Source of the DNA: a virus
Reading direction: 5' to 3' (one strand)
Virus record (IMG/VR): IMGVR_UViG_3300029922_000004
Length of the DNA: 64,000 bases
Every line of letters starts with the position of its first letter. Positions within the stretch are counted from its first letter, which is position 1. The notes beneath the pieces were generated by a model. It had not been told where the DNA came from. It did not search any database and saw only the letters and a program-made list of their open reading frames with translations. The translations under genes were made by a program, and so were the position numbers. Below are positions 48,801-56,921 of the stretch, one piece after another.

Positions 48801-48915
48801 TTTAAAATTTGTCGCATGGTTGCGGTACGACAAAGCGGAGAAGTAAGTTAGTCGCGGTGAGAGGTTTACTGGTTTAGTCCCAGAAAAATCAGCGATTTCC
48901 GGTGTAATTCTTCCT

Positions 48916-49056
48916 ATGGAATATACGCCCAATACCCCCGAACAAAACGCGGAATATTTTGAAAGCCAAGACCATAAGACATGGCAGAAATTGGCCGGAT
49001 TAAACGACTACTCCCCCGATGGGATTCAGGAAACTGAACCACACTACGCAGAATGA
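48916..49056 (+). CDS. Hypothetical protein (46 aa)
   Basis: After a GTGTAA box, ATGA overlap with the next gene. Confidence 0.5.
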   Translation: MEYTPNTPEQNAEYFESQDHKTWQKLAGLNDYSPDGIQETEPHYAE

Positions 49057-49490
49057 GGGCTGAGAAAACTCGGCTGATACATGCTGGCTCCGATGACGAT
49101 TGGAAATGGGGTGATTTAGTTTACGGGTTTTTAATGGCCGACTTTAAAACACAACCGCTCGAAAGTTTTTTAGAGAATCAGGAGAGTTTAAACTTCACGC
49201 TGGGAGTAGTTAGCCGTTTTGAATGTCCTGATTACGACGTTTTGAAAATCGAGTCAAATTGTGACGCCGCGCAGCAGTTACATTATAATTTAAAAAATAA
49301 TTTCCGCGATTCGATAGCGACCAGTTTTCCGATTTATCACCCACATTGTACGCTTGGTTACGTTAAAAAAGGCGCACACCCAGAATTAGATGGGCATTCG
49401 GCCTTCGCGGGGAAGAAGTTTTCTGTAAGCTCTCTTCTCTACTCCCCGCCGGATAGGGCTGGAAGAAAATATTTGAAATTAAGAAAATAA
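49053..49490 (+). CDS. 2H phosphoesterase (Acb1/gp57B-like) with a single HxT motif
   Basis: YDVLK...SFPIYHPHCTLGYVKKG. Confidence 0.65.
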   Translation: MRAEKTRLIHAGSDDDWKWGDLVYGFLMADFKTQPLESFLENQESLNFTLGVVSRFECPDYDVLKIESNCDAAQQLHYNLKNNFRDSIATSFPIYHPHCTLGYVKKGAHPELDGHSAFAGKKFSVSSLLYSPPDRAGRKYLKLRK

Positions 49491-49505
49491 GTGTAATATA
49501 ATCGT

Positions 49506-49895
49506 ATGGAAATCTCAACCGCGAAAATAATCTGTCAGTGTGATTCATGTAAGGCGACTTTGAAAAAAGACGACGGCGACCAAGATAAGTTTATCAAAGC
49601 CACTCTCGAAAATGGTCGCGGAAAGAATCAGGATTATTTCTACTGTGATGAGGAATGTTTACGGACTCATCTTAATGCTCGCGCGAAAAGAAATCGTTCC
49701 CGCGCCTCTATTATTGAAATAGAGTTCGATATTCCCGCAAAATTAAAAGCTACAGCCTCACTCGCAAAATGTTCCAGATGTGGAACTATTGCCAACATCG
49801 CCACCCAACCAGAAATTTGCATGGGCGCGGTCAAGTGCGAAAAATGCGGCAATCCCGTAACGCAAGCAACGGCATTGGAAACTAATCCTCGATAA
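49506..49895 (+). CDS. Multi-Cys zinc-binding protein
   Basis: Three CxxC-type clusters. Confidence 0.65.
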   Translation: MEISTAKIICQCDSCKATLKKDDGDQDKFIKATLENGRGKNQDYFYCDEECLRTHLNARAKRNRSRASIIEIEFDIPAKLKATASLAKCSRCGTIANIATQPEICMGAVKCEKCGNPVTQATALETNPR

Positions 49896-49902
49896 TTTTT
49901 AT

Positions 49903-49977
49903 AGATGCTTGATGTAGCGGCTCTGCATGGTTCTCTTTGAAAGAACACGTTTTGGCTCGACCCCAAAAGCATCTTCC
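49903..49977 (+). tRNA. tRNA-Gln(TTG)
   Basis: AGATGCT/AGCATCT acceptor, perfect anticodon stem, CCA end; T-loop CUCGACC, U73. Confidence 0.82.
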
Positions 49978-49982
49978 ATTTC

Positions 49983-50058
49983 GGACTTATGGTGAAAATG
50001 AATATCGCGCTAGGTTTCTACCCTTGAGTTTCTGGTTTAATTCCAGATAGGTCCACCA
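49983..50058 (+). tRNA. tRNA-Arg(TCT)
   Basis: Cloverleaf with CCA end; T-loop UUUAAUU. Confidence 0.78.
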
Positions 50059-50110
50059 TTTGCACCAATTTCTCCTTGACAAATCCCGAAAACTCCTTTA
50101 CTATTGAATT

Positions 50111-50257
50111 ATGAAAGAAACAGCAACAGAACTTGAATATTTGTCGTGGTTCCGCTGTAACGCCGATTTCGGCCCCGCCGACCAAGATGTAATTGATGAC
50201 ATGAATCGCCAGTTCAAAGAGGAAACTGGCAAGGAACTCCCAGAAGGATGGGAATGA
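50111..50257 (+). CDS. Hypothetical protein (48 aa)
   Basis: Directly after the TTGACA-17-TACTAT promoter at 50075-50104. Confidence 0.6.
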   Translation: MKETATELEYLSWFRCNADFGPADQDVIDDMNRQFKEETGKELPEGWE

Positions 50258-50261
50258 TTTA

Positions 50262-50342
50262 CAACGAGTGACCTTATTGCGAACGGCACAGCATACGGAT
50301 TTAAACCCCGTGGTTTTGGGAGTCCGAGTCTCCTCTCGTTGA
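50262..50342 (+). tRNA. Degenerate tRNA, probably Leu(TAA)
   Basis: Perfect acceptor and T stems; poor D arm; no long variable arm; CCA not encoded; anticodon register ambiguous (UAA or UUA). Confidence 0.5.
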
Positions 50343-50347
50343 CTTTT

Positions 50348-50436
50348 GGAAAATGAACCAAGCAGGGTCTTGGAACGCATTGCTAATGCGATTGCTCCTT
50401 AACTGGGGTTGCCTTCGAGTGGTACTTTTTCCGCCA
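50348..50436 (+). tRNA. tRNA-Ser(GCT)
   Basis: Long variable arm, G73, TTCGA T-loop, CCA end. Confidence 0.82.
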
Positions 50437-50479
50437 TCTTTTTTCTTGACATTCCACGAAACTTCTGGTAAAGTTGGGT

Positions 50480-50665
50480 ATGGAATATCTCAAACACTCC
50501 GACCTCCACTTGGTTAAACCGCGCTTTCGTCACCTCGTCGAAGATTCTTGGCGGGCGGGGCATGAAGTTCCCTACGGCGTCATCTATTTGAGTGACAAGC
50601 CCCTTTGCCAAAAAGAGATAAAACACGCAAAGAAAATTATTAAAAAATATAAAATTTCGGACTAA
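50480..50665 (+). CDS. Hypothetical protein
   Basis: After a TTGACA...TAAAGT promoter. Confidence 0.55.
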   Translation: MEYLKHSDLHLVKPRFRHLVEDSWRAGHEVPYGVIYLSDKPLCQKEIKHAKKIIKKYKISD

Positions 50666-50666
50666 T

Positions 50667-50743
50667 GGTGCTGTCGCCTAATTGGAATGGCTCTCCCGTC
50701 CTAAGGGAATACAATGCAAATTCGATTTTTGCCTGCACCACCA
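50667..50743 (+). tRNA. tRNA-Arg(CCT)
   Basis: Cloverleaf, TTCGA T-loop, CCA end; G at position 32. Confidence 0.82.
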
Positions 50744-50747
50744 ATTT

Positions 50748-50841
50748 GGATAAGTTAGCCATCCGGCGATGGCCTCTGTCTTGAAAACAGGTGATTCGTG
50801 CTAATACCACGGATAGAGGTCGGCACTTTACTTATCCGCCA
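50748..50841 (+). tRNA. tRNA-Ser(TGA), atypical T-loop
   Basis: Perfect acceptor, long variable arm, G73, CCA end; T-loop GUCGGCA. Confidence 0.82.
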
Positions 50842-50938
50842 TTGTTGATTCGATAGTTCAAAAATAAAAGGGTCATTCCCTAGAATATCTGGTCGTTATC
50901 CAGAAGATATTGGTTTAAATCCATAAGAATCGCCATTT

Positions 50939-50972
50939 AATCCCACCGAATACCCTTTGGTGGGATTTTTTA
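50939..50972 (+). terminator. Rho-independent terminator ending the tRNA cluster
   Basis: AATCCCACC/GGTGGGATT stem followed by a T tract. Confidence 0.75.
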
Positions 50973-51019
50973 TCTTTTTTTTGTAAAAGGTGGCTTTTTT
51001 GCGTGTAATAGATATTACT

Positions 51020-51472
51020 ATGGCAAACTCAACAACCGCATTTACGACAGGCACATCTTTTACGTTCAATCCGAACGGGCAAATCGGCATTAATAACACC
51101 AATCCGCAATATACGCTTGACGTTTCCGGCGTGTTAAACTTGAATACTGGCGGCGGCATTAACAATTTGGGGACTTACATCAATCCGCCCCTTATCCTTG
51201 CTTCGGGCGGGAATTTGACGGGTCTAGCTAGTAATTATTCTTACGTCGTGAGTAGTGGTTCTTTAGCTACTACTGGTTATCTACCTCCAGTTTCTCCTAG
51301 CAATCTAGGACAGGAGATTTCATTTACAAGTAAGGGCGCTGGTTTGACAATCACTGGTACCGCTGCTGGCGTTATATTTTTCAATACTGGCGCTTTGGTC
51401 TCTGGATTTAGTATCCCCTCTGGAACAACTAGATTCGGGTTCGGGGACGGTACGCATTGGAACTTTCAATAA
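51020..51472 (+). CDS. Small tail-fibre-like protein
   Basis: GQIGINNTNPQYTLDVSG motif; GTGTAA box upstream. Confidence 0.65.
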   Translation: MANSTTAFTTGTSFTFNPNGQIGINNTNPQYTLDVSGVLNLNTGGGINNLGTYINPPLILASGGNLTGLASNYSYVVSSGSLATTGYLPPVSPSNLGQEISFTSKGAGLTITGTAAGVIFFNTGALVSGFSIPSGTTRFGFGDGTHWNFQ

Positions 51473-51496
51473 AATCCAATTAATTTCAACAAATTC

Positions 51497-51526
51497 AACC
51501 CTGCAATTCATTTTGCGGGGTTTTTG
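51497..51526 (+). terminator. Rho-independent terminator
   Basis: AACCCTGCAA/TTGCGGGGTT stem followed by a T tract. Confidence 0.65.
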
Positions 51527-51582
51527 CTTTATACGTAGAACACCCCATTTACTTCTTCCTAAGTTTGTGTTAATATTAAACT

Positions 51583-51696
51583 ATGAAAATCAATATAACT
51601 CAACTTCTTCTCGTTCTTATCCTCGTCCTTACGGCATTGTCTCTCACTGGATGCTTCGTCGGTTTTGGTCACGGACACGGTGGGTTCCACCACTAG
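51583..51696 (+). CDS. 37-aa lipoprotein precursor with His/Gly-rich tail
   Basis: MKINITQLLLVLILVLTALSLTG|CFVGFGHGHGGFHH; below the ORF-track cutoff. Confidence 0.65.
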   Translation: MKINITQLLLVLILVLTALSLTGCFVGFGHGHGGFHH

Positions 51697-51753
51697 CCGA
51701 CCTGATAGTATAACACCCCACAATATTTCCTTGACAAAATCCTTACAATAAGA

Positions 51754-52059
51754 ATGATTCACCACTTAAATAAAATTCGACTTTTCAACCCAACCAGCAA
51801 TTTATATCGCTACCCCGACCAAACGGGTCATTTTTACGTTCATCACGTTGGAAAACTTTTGGTTTGGGATAATGTGGATGTTTGGAGGTATCCATACGAG
51901 TTCAAATACGTCACAGCTACGATACAGCATTTCTTGGGGAAAATAGACGGAAAAGGTCAGGAGGTGTGGGAGGGCAATATTTCAATTTTAGAGATTTCAA
52001 ATTTATCTTTAGAACGGACTCTTTGGTTGAGAATGTCATTATTGTGTGACAGTGATTAA
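51754..52059 (+). CDS. Divergent or degenerate YopX-like protein
   Basis: QHFLGKIDGKGQEVWEGNI resembles QFTGLKDKNGKEIYEGDI. Confidence 0.5.
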   Translation: MIHHLNKIRLFNPTSNLYRYPDQTGHFYVHHVGKLLVWDNVDVWRYPYEFKYVTATIQHFLGKIDGKGQEVWEGNISILEISNLSLERTLWLRMSLLCDSD

Positions 52060-52076
52060 GGTTTGTGAATTTTTAA

Positions 52077-52106
52077 CTTGACTTTCCCCGAAAAATGCTT
52101 TAATAT
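52077..52106 (+). promoter_or_regulatory. Sigma70-type promoter
   Basis: cTTGACT-17-TAATAT with CCCCGAAAA. Confidence 0.72.
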
Positions 52107-52112
52107 TGGTGG

Positions 52113-54017
52113 ATGGATTTCAAAGACATTCAAGCCAAGCGTCAAAAACTTGCTGACGCCAAGGTTTATCTTAAATCATTATTTATTGGTCTCGACGACA
52201 TAATTGACCAGATTATTGACAATATGGAGGCGTGGTATTTAATGCCTGACATGATTAACCGTCCCATTATCATAAATCTTTGGGGCCTGACTGGCGTGGG
52301 TAAAACCGATTTGGTTCGCAAACTCGTTAAATTCTTCAAATTCACGGATAAGTATCTCGAAATTCAAATGGATACAAAATCTACCTACCACAAGTCAATC
52401 AAGTCAATTCTTTTAGACAGCAATATCGAAGAAGGAGAGGCGGGGGTTATTCTATTGGACGAAATTCAGCGTTTTCGCTCTATTGACGACACTGGCAAAG
52501 AAATTTTTGATAAAGATTTCCAAGATGTCTGGATGCTTCTCTCCGACGGAAAGTTTAGCGGCACCAGCGCAAAATCAGAACTCATTGAAGAAGTAATGAA
52601 TATGATGTATTCTAAAGAACTTAAATTAAATGGCAATAACGACGAAGAGGATGAATTGACTGGTATTAAGAAACAGAATACCGGCAAAAAACTCAAACCC
52701 CACAAATTGAAATTCAAAATGGGGATTTACCGCGCGAAACATTTAAAGAAACTTGCTCGCCTAAAGGAAAGCGTCGAAGAGATTATGGGCTGGAATGAAG
52801 ACATTGTTTTAGACAAACTCACCGACTTAATCAAGAATGGTTCAAATTCAGACTTTGAAGTGGACTATAGCAAGTGTCTTATTTTTGTCAGCGGGAATAT
52901 TGACGAAGCCTATGCGATGTCAAATATGGTCGAAGACGCGGATATTGACGCGAATACTCTTCACGCCCATTCTAAAAAAATCAACGTCATTAACATCAAA
53001 AAAGCCCTTCAAAAACGCTTCAAACCCGAACAAATTGCCCGCTTCGGCAATACTCATATTCTATATCCCTCCCTTAGTTCGGAGAATTATCGGACTCTTA
53101 TCAATAAATGCCTCAAGGAAACACTCGTTTTTGCTAGTAACTATTTGAAAATTAGCAAGGTTGAATATGAGGATAGTATTGTTGATTTCATTTACAGGAA
53201 CGGCGTCTATCCCGCGCAGGGAGTTAGGCCAGTTTTTAGCACAGTGAATAGCATATTTAATAATACGATACCCAAGATTATCCTTTATAGTAAAGAAAAT
53301 AATCTCCGCGCGGTGAAACTTGCGATTATTGATAAAACCATTCTCGTTATTGAGGGAACGAACTTTAGACTTTCGCTCAATGGAGTCTTGGATAATATTA
53401 AACGGGACATTAATGATGACAAGAAAACGTTAATCAGTGTTCACGAATGCGGCCACGCGATTGTTTATGCGTATTTATTTGGCGTCGTCCCGCAAGAAAT
53501 AAAAAGCTCAATATCTTCATTTGAGGGCGGTTATACACTTAGCAATAAACTAATCGGTTCCAAGCAGCAAATATTAAATAATACTGTTGTTCGTTTGGCT
53601 GGTCAAGCGGCGGAAGAAATCGTTTTCGGGGAATCCTACAAAAGCAACGGAGTGGGAAGCGACATTAACAAGGCCACGTCTGATATAATGACGATGTTGC
53701 GTAGGCATGGATTGGGGAAAAATATATCCCTTACTGTTTCTGCCAACCACGAGGAATCGTCAACAGCAAATGTAAATGCCGCAACATCAGAACGCGAATG
53801 CGAAAAACTCTTAATCAAGGCTCGGACACAGGCCATCAAGATTCTCCGCTCATTCGGACGATTACTCAAAGAGACCTCTACCGAACTTTTCGATAAAGGA
53901 AGCATTGAACCAAACAAATTTCAATCACAACTCGCCAAGCACGGAATTAATGCAAAAATTGTAAGCCCCGAAGTGGAATTGACCGTGGATTATAAAGGCT
54001 TATTGAAGAGATTTTAA
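52113..54017 (+). CDS. AAA+ ATPase fused to an M41 (FtsH-type) peptidase, no TM segment
   Basis: GLTGVGKT, LLDEIQ, IARFG; HECGHA, LAGQAAEE, SDINKA. Confidence 0.82.
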   Translation: MDFKDIQAKRQKLADAKVYLKSLFIGLDDIIDQIIDNMEAWYLMPDMINRPIIINLWGLTGVGKTDLVRKLVKFFKFTDKYLEIQMDTKSTYHKSIKSILLDSNIEEGEAGVILLDEIQRFRSIDDTGKEIFDKDFQDVWMLLSDGKFSGTSAKSELIEEVMNMMYSKELKLNGNNDEEDELTGIKKQNTGKKLKPHKLKFKMGIYRAKHLKKLARLKESVEEIMGWNEDIVLDKLTDLIKNGSNSDFEVDYSKCLIFVSGNIDEAYAMSNMVEDADIDANTLHAHSKKINVINIKKALQKRFKPEQIARFGNTHILYPSLSSENYRTLINKCLKETLVFASNYLKISKVEYEDSIVDFIYRNGVYPAQGVRPVFSTVNSIFNNTIPKIILYSKENNLRAVKLAIIDKTILVIEGTNFRLSLNGVLDNIKRDINDDKKTLISVHECGHAIVYAYLFGVVPQEIKSSISSFEGGYTLSNKLIGSKQQILNNTVVRLAGQAAEEIVFGESYKSNGVGSDINKATSDIMTMLRRHGLGKNISLTVSANHEESSTANVNAATSERECEKLLIKARTQAIKILRSFGRLLKETSTELFDKGSIEPNKFQSQLAKHGINAKIVSPEVELTVDYKGLLKRF

Positions 54018-54019
54018 TT

Positions 54020-54049
54020 CTTGGCAAATCCCGAAAATCCAATTAAAAT
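54020..54049 (+). promoter_or_regulatory. Native promoter orphaned by the IS insertion
   Basis: cTTGGCA-17-TAAAAT with CCCGAAAA, 5 bp from the IS right end. Confidence 0.6.
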
Positions 54050-54086
54050 AGGTAGTGATTACTCCCCAGAATAAATTCTGGGGCTT

Positions 54087-55163
54087 CTAGGCTTGCACCA
54101 AAGACGCTAATCCACGTCTTAAAATATTACGAGCCGCGTTAATGTCACGGTCGATTTTGTTTCCACATCCACAATTCATCATTCTATCGTCCAGCGACAG
54201 ATTGTGGATTTTTCCACACGAATTGCACGTCTTGGAAGTATTGCTTGGATTCACGCGGATGAGTTTCCTACCGGCACTTGCAGCCTTGTAGGACAGCATC
54301 TGCGCGAATTGCGCCCAAGATACGTCGTTATACGTTCTATTGATATTCCGAATGTCACCACTGGAAAGTTTTTTAATGTCCAAATCCTCGATTACAACTA
54401 TGCCATTTTCGGCGATGAGACGGTTGGAAAGTTTGTGGTTGAAGTCGAGACGTTGGTTAGTGATTTTGCGAAAAATATTACCGACGACGCGGCTGCGTTT
54501 TTTTCTGGCAAGACTGCCCTTTTCTTCTTTATCGCGCCTAGACGCGGCTTTCTTTATTCGTTTTAGGTTAAGGCGTAGAAATTTCGGAGACTCAAACTTT
54601 TCTCCTGCGGAAGTTGTAACGAAAGTTTTCAGCCCGAAATCCAATCCGATTGCGTCTTTACTGGGCGTATAAATCTTCATAGGTGCGTCAACCGTAAAAC
54701 TTGCGAAGAATTGCCCGCTTTGATATTTTACAGTGACGCGGGAATATTTTGTCAGAGTTCGGTGAGAAATCATTGGGATATTACCGACGTGCTGGATGTA
54801 AAGTTTGGAGCCTATCGCCTTTGCCCCGTCACCCGCCGCAAATTCTATTGACGAAAGCATTTTTTTGAAGCGCGGGAATCCGGGTTTCTGTCCCAATTTT
54901 ACGCGGCGGAAGAAATTTTGGAAGGCTTTATCCAAGCGTCTTACCGTTTGTTGCAATGACGAGACATTGGTCTTGTCTTTAAATTTCGGAACGTTGGCTT
55001 TAATCTGGTCTATCGCTGACGGTGAAGATTTGGTTTTCTCATAAACGTCAATTCGTTCTTGTCGGCAAAAATTGTAGAGTTCACAATGCTTTGCCATTTG
55101 CCGGAAGAGTTCACGTTTCTGATGCTTCGACGGATAAATACGAAATTTTATTACGGACTTCAT
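54087..55163 (-). CDS. tnpB: TnpB RNA-guided endonuclease
   Basis: FRIYP HTH, GLDFG, IEDL, CxxC zinc finger, DRDINAARNIL; catalytic D-E-D present. Confidence 0.93.
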   Translation of the reverse strand: MKSVIKFRIYPSKHQKRELFRQMAKHCELYNFCRQERIDVYEKTKSSPSAIDQIKANVPKFKDKTNVSSLQQTVRRLDKAFQNFFRRVKLGQKPGFPRFKKMLSSIEFAAGDGAKAIGSKLYIQHVGNIPMISHRTLTKYSRVTVKYQSGQFFASFTVDAPMKIYTPSKDAIGLDFGLKTFVTTSAGEKFESPKFLRLNLKRIKKAASRRDKEEKGSLARKKRSRVVGNIFRKITNQRLDFNHKLSNRLIAENGIVVIEDLDIKKLSSGDIRNINRTYNDVSWAQFAQMLSYKAASAGRKLIRVNPSNTSKTCNSCGKIHNLSLDDRMMNCGCGNKIDRDINAARNILRRGLASLVQA

Positions 55164-55549
55164 CGGCTCTTCTGATTTTCGATATACATTTTTACGACGG
55201 AATCAGAGACACTTCCAACCGTTCCTACATAATAAGACGCCGCCCATAGGTGAGGTAGTCGCGTAAGCTGCGGATATTTTTCACGCAGGAAACGAGCGGT
55301 TGCTCCTTTAAGCCTTTTGACGATAATATGCGGACTTAACTTCGGCGGGGAACTTACGAAAGCGTGAACGTGGTCTGGCATTATTGCCAACGACAAAACT
55401 TCAATTTGGCTATTCGCAGCGGTCGTTCTTATGATAGATTCGCAGTCGGTGGCGATTGCATCTACCAATACAGCTTTGCGTCTTTTCGGACAAAAGACGA
55501 TGTGATAATTGATATTATACGCGCAATGACTACGAATTTTCGCTTCCAT
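55160..55549 (-). CDS. tnpA: Y1 HUH transposase
   Basis: YHIVFCPKRR, PDHVH, YIENQ. Confidence 0.95.
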   Translation of the reverse strand: MEAKIRSHCAYNINYHIVFCPKRRKAVLVDAIATDCESIIRTTAANSQIEVLSLAIMPDHVHAFVSSPPKLSPHIIVKRLKGATARFLREKYPQLTRLPHLWAASYYVGTVGSVSDSVVKMYIENQKSR

Positions 55550-55589
55550 GACTATATTTACACTAAAAACGCGGCTTGTGAAAATAAAT

Positions 55590-55680
55590 CTTGACTTTTT
55601 ATGAAAAACCTGCTAACCTCGTTTCAGGTCGGATTCCCCACGGGAATAAATTCCCGTGTCCCCTCCTCGAAATTTATGGA
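55590..55680 (+). repeat. 91-bp direct repeat, copy 1 (IS left end, outward promoter, target)
   Basis: Identical to 56922-57012; contains TTGACT-17-TAACCT. Confidence 0.92.
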
Positions 55681-56320
55681 TATTAAAGAATTCAATATAA
55701 TCAAATTCCCCGCCGTCATCTTTAGTGACAGCCACACGAATTTATCTAATATCCGCCGGTTAAAGGAGTTATACCCTGATAGTCAATTTTTCTCTCTGGG
55801 AGATATTTGTCAACTTTTTGCGAAAAAGGGAGATAAAAGTAACGAACTATCCATTCAATACTTCATTGATAATAAAATTCCCTCTTTGGACTCAAACCAT
55901 GAATCACATATTTGCGGGGTGGAAGACGGAAATCATTTGTTAGTCTTGGATAAAAGCCACACGATAGATTCTGGATATGATTTGCCGAAACATCAAGTAG
56001 AGTGGTTAACGAGTCTTCCGCGCGGATTTAAACTTATCCTTCCAAATGGGAAAAACTACTACTGTTTCCATAATCAACCTCTAGACCTTTGGACTCACCC
56101 TGATAAAATTACCGAAATTGAATTTCGGGAAAAGTATATTTTTGATGACAACACGCTGGCGGTAATCTGCGGCCATTGTCATACTAATAAAATAGATGAA
56201 TTTACCCCAAAGAGAATCCTTATCGGTCAACTCGCGGGCGACGACCACCACACTAAATCCCAAAACGGCGGGAATTATCTTCTATTGACTGAGAAGGGGT
56301 TAGAATTTAAAAAACTTTAA
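55676..56320 (+). CDS. Calcineurin-like metallophosphoesterase
   Basis: SDSH, GDI, NHE, FHN, GHCH motifs. Confidence 0.85.
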   Translation: MDIKEFNIIKFPAVIFSDSHTNLSNIRRLKELYPDSQFFSLGDICQLFAKKGDKSNELSIQYFIDNKIPSLDSNHESHICGVEDGNHLLVLDKSHTIDSGYDLPKHQVEWLTSLPRGFKLILPNGKNYYCFHNQPLDLWTHPDKITEIEFREKYIFDDNTLAVICGHCHTNKIDEFTPKRILIGQLAGDDHHTKSQNGGNYLLLTEKGLEFKKL

Positions 56321-56568
56321 ATATAAAGTATCGGCGTGAATCGCCCCGAAGTCAGCTTAGAAGTAGGTAATCCGGTTTTCGTAATCTCATACCACTTAGC
56401 GGCGAACTCTTTGTTCCATTGGTATAGCAATCCAGAACTGACACCCGTATAACCCGTCGCCTCATAATAGAAATTTCCAGTCCCCGCGCCGCTCAATTCC
56501 GAAAGTCCCGTGGGTAATTGGTGAAGGCGGGTTTGAAAATCCCAAGAGTGTCCAGTGATGTATGCCAT
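56317..56568 (-). CDS. Hypothetical protein, possibly virion-associated
   Basis: SG/TG-rich like the tail-type ORFs. Confidence 0.55.
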   Translation of the reverse strand: MAYITGHSWDFQTRLHQLPTGLSELSGAGTGNFYYEATGYTGVSSGLLYQWNKEFAAKWYEITKTGLPTSKLTSGRFTPILYI

Positions 56569-56570
56569 AA

Positions 56571-56900
56571 TTAATTCGGGGAAAGAAAAATTCCCTTGTC
56601 CGTTTCTGGTTCTGCATTAGTTAAAACTTCCATAAATAAATCTAATTCTTCCCCTTGAAGTTCCACCTTACTTTGGAGGTTTGTAAAATCGGTTTTGAGT
56701 TGGGTTATGTTTTCGGTTTTATCGCCGAGGTTGTGGCCGACCCACTGGTTGACATTTTTAATATCGGACGTGTTTTGGTGAACCTGCCAATATGTTGTAA
56801 AAATTCCCGCGATTATACCCAAAATTGTGATGATTTGACCGCCGGTAATGACAAAATGGCGGTGTTTTTTCCAAGTTTTCTTGAATTTTTTGAGTTTCAC
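56571..56900 (-). CDS. Membrane protein with coiled coil
   Basis: One TM plus heptads; GTGTAA box upstream. Confidence 0.6.
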   Translation of the reverse strand: MKLKKFKKTWKKHRHFVITGGQIITILGIIAGIFTTYWQVHQNTSDIKNVNQWVGHNLGDKTENITQLKTDFTNLQSKVELQGEELDLFMEVLTNAEPETDKGIFLSPN

Positions 56901-56921
56901 AAGGGTAATTACACATTTTGA

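Larger units (their letters stand above)
54055..55675 (-). mobile_element. IS200/IS605-family element (tnpA+tnpB)
   Basis: Right end GAAG-hairpin(CCCCAGAATTTATTCTGGGG)-TCAC; left-end hairpin CACGGGAATTTATTCCCGTG; flanking (T)CCAT target. Confidence 0.85.

Noticed and set aside
48667-48915. Theta (HDV-like) ribozymes or further tRNAs after tRNA-Tyr and tRNA-His
   Set aside because: Only isolated hairpins; no nested double pseudoknot or cloverleaf
55601-55675. Upstream start for the phosphoesterase
   Set aside because: Falls within the IS left end and its promoter; the ATG at 55676 fits better
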